From Octopus bimaculoides (taxonomy: Eukaryota): a stretch of 64,000 nt of DNA. The DNA is taken from positions 116,815,448-116,879,447 of the forward strand of contig NC_068985.1 in assembly GCF_001194135.2 (NCBI RefSeq), written 5' to 3'. The notes beneath the pieces were generated by a model. That model was not told where the DNA came from. It was given only the letters and a program-made list of their open reading frames with translations, and did not search any database. Shown here piece by piece: positions 63,971-64,000 of this stretch. A program made the position numbers and the translations under genes. The stretch's first letter is position 1. Every line of letters starts with the position of its first letter.

Positions 63971-64000
63971 AATATAAATTTCAACAACGAAAAATTACCC

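Overview
This is AT-rich eukaryotic genomic DNA with roughly 8 kb of N-gaps, nearly all sitting inside microsatellites. The repeat content (dense di-, tri- and tetranucleotide microsatellites, several tRNA-derived SINE families, TTAGGG repeats) points to an animal genome, most likely a cephalopod (Octopus-like); that assignment is an inference from recalled repeat families. I find no intact host protein-coding gene, rRNA, functional tRNA or CRISPR array. Almost all long ORFs in the supplied track are artefacts of N-runs or simple repeats. The window is a transposon graveyard. It holds two abundant SINE families, called here SINE-A (about 13 copies or fragments) and SINE-B (about 8 copies, with an internal microsatellite). 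It also holds decayed CR1-group, R4/Dong-like, Tx1/L1-like, RTE and Penelope retroelement pieces, four Tc1/mariner transposase relics, MITEs, Helentron-like non-autonomous elements and a possible solo LTR. The best leads are as follows. (1) LINE 3' ends matching the tails of both SINE families are present in the window. (2) SINE-B carries a microsatellite in a fixed internal slot. (3) A MITE contains a long foldback element, which in turn contains a SINE tail fused to (TTAGGG)5. (4) An internally deleted Dong-like element is embedded in (TAA)n. (5) An IR/DR-type Tc1 resembles fish and amphibian elements. (6) A 65-bp tandem array carries a NANTATTAC motif. I cannot support a claim of a new biological system; these are leads for testing.
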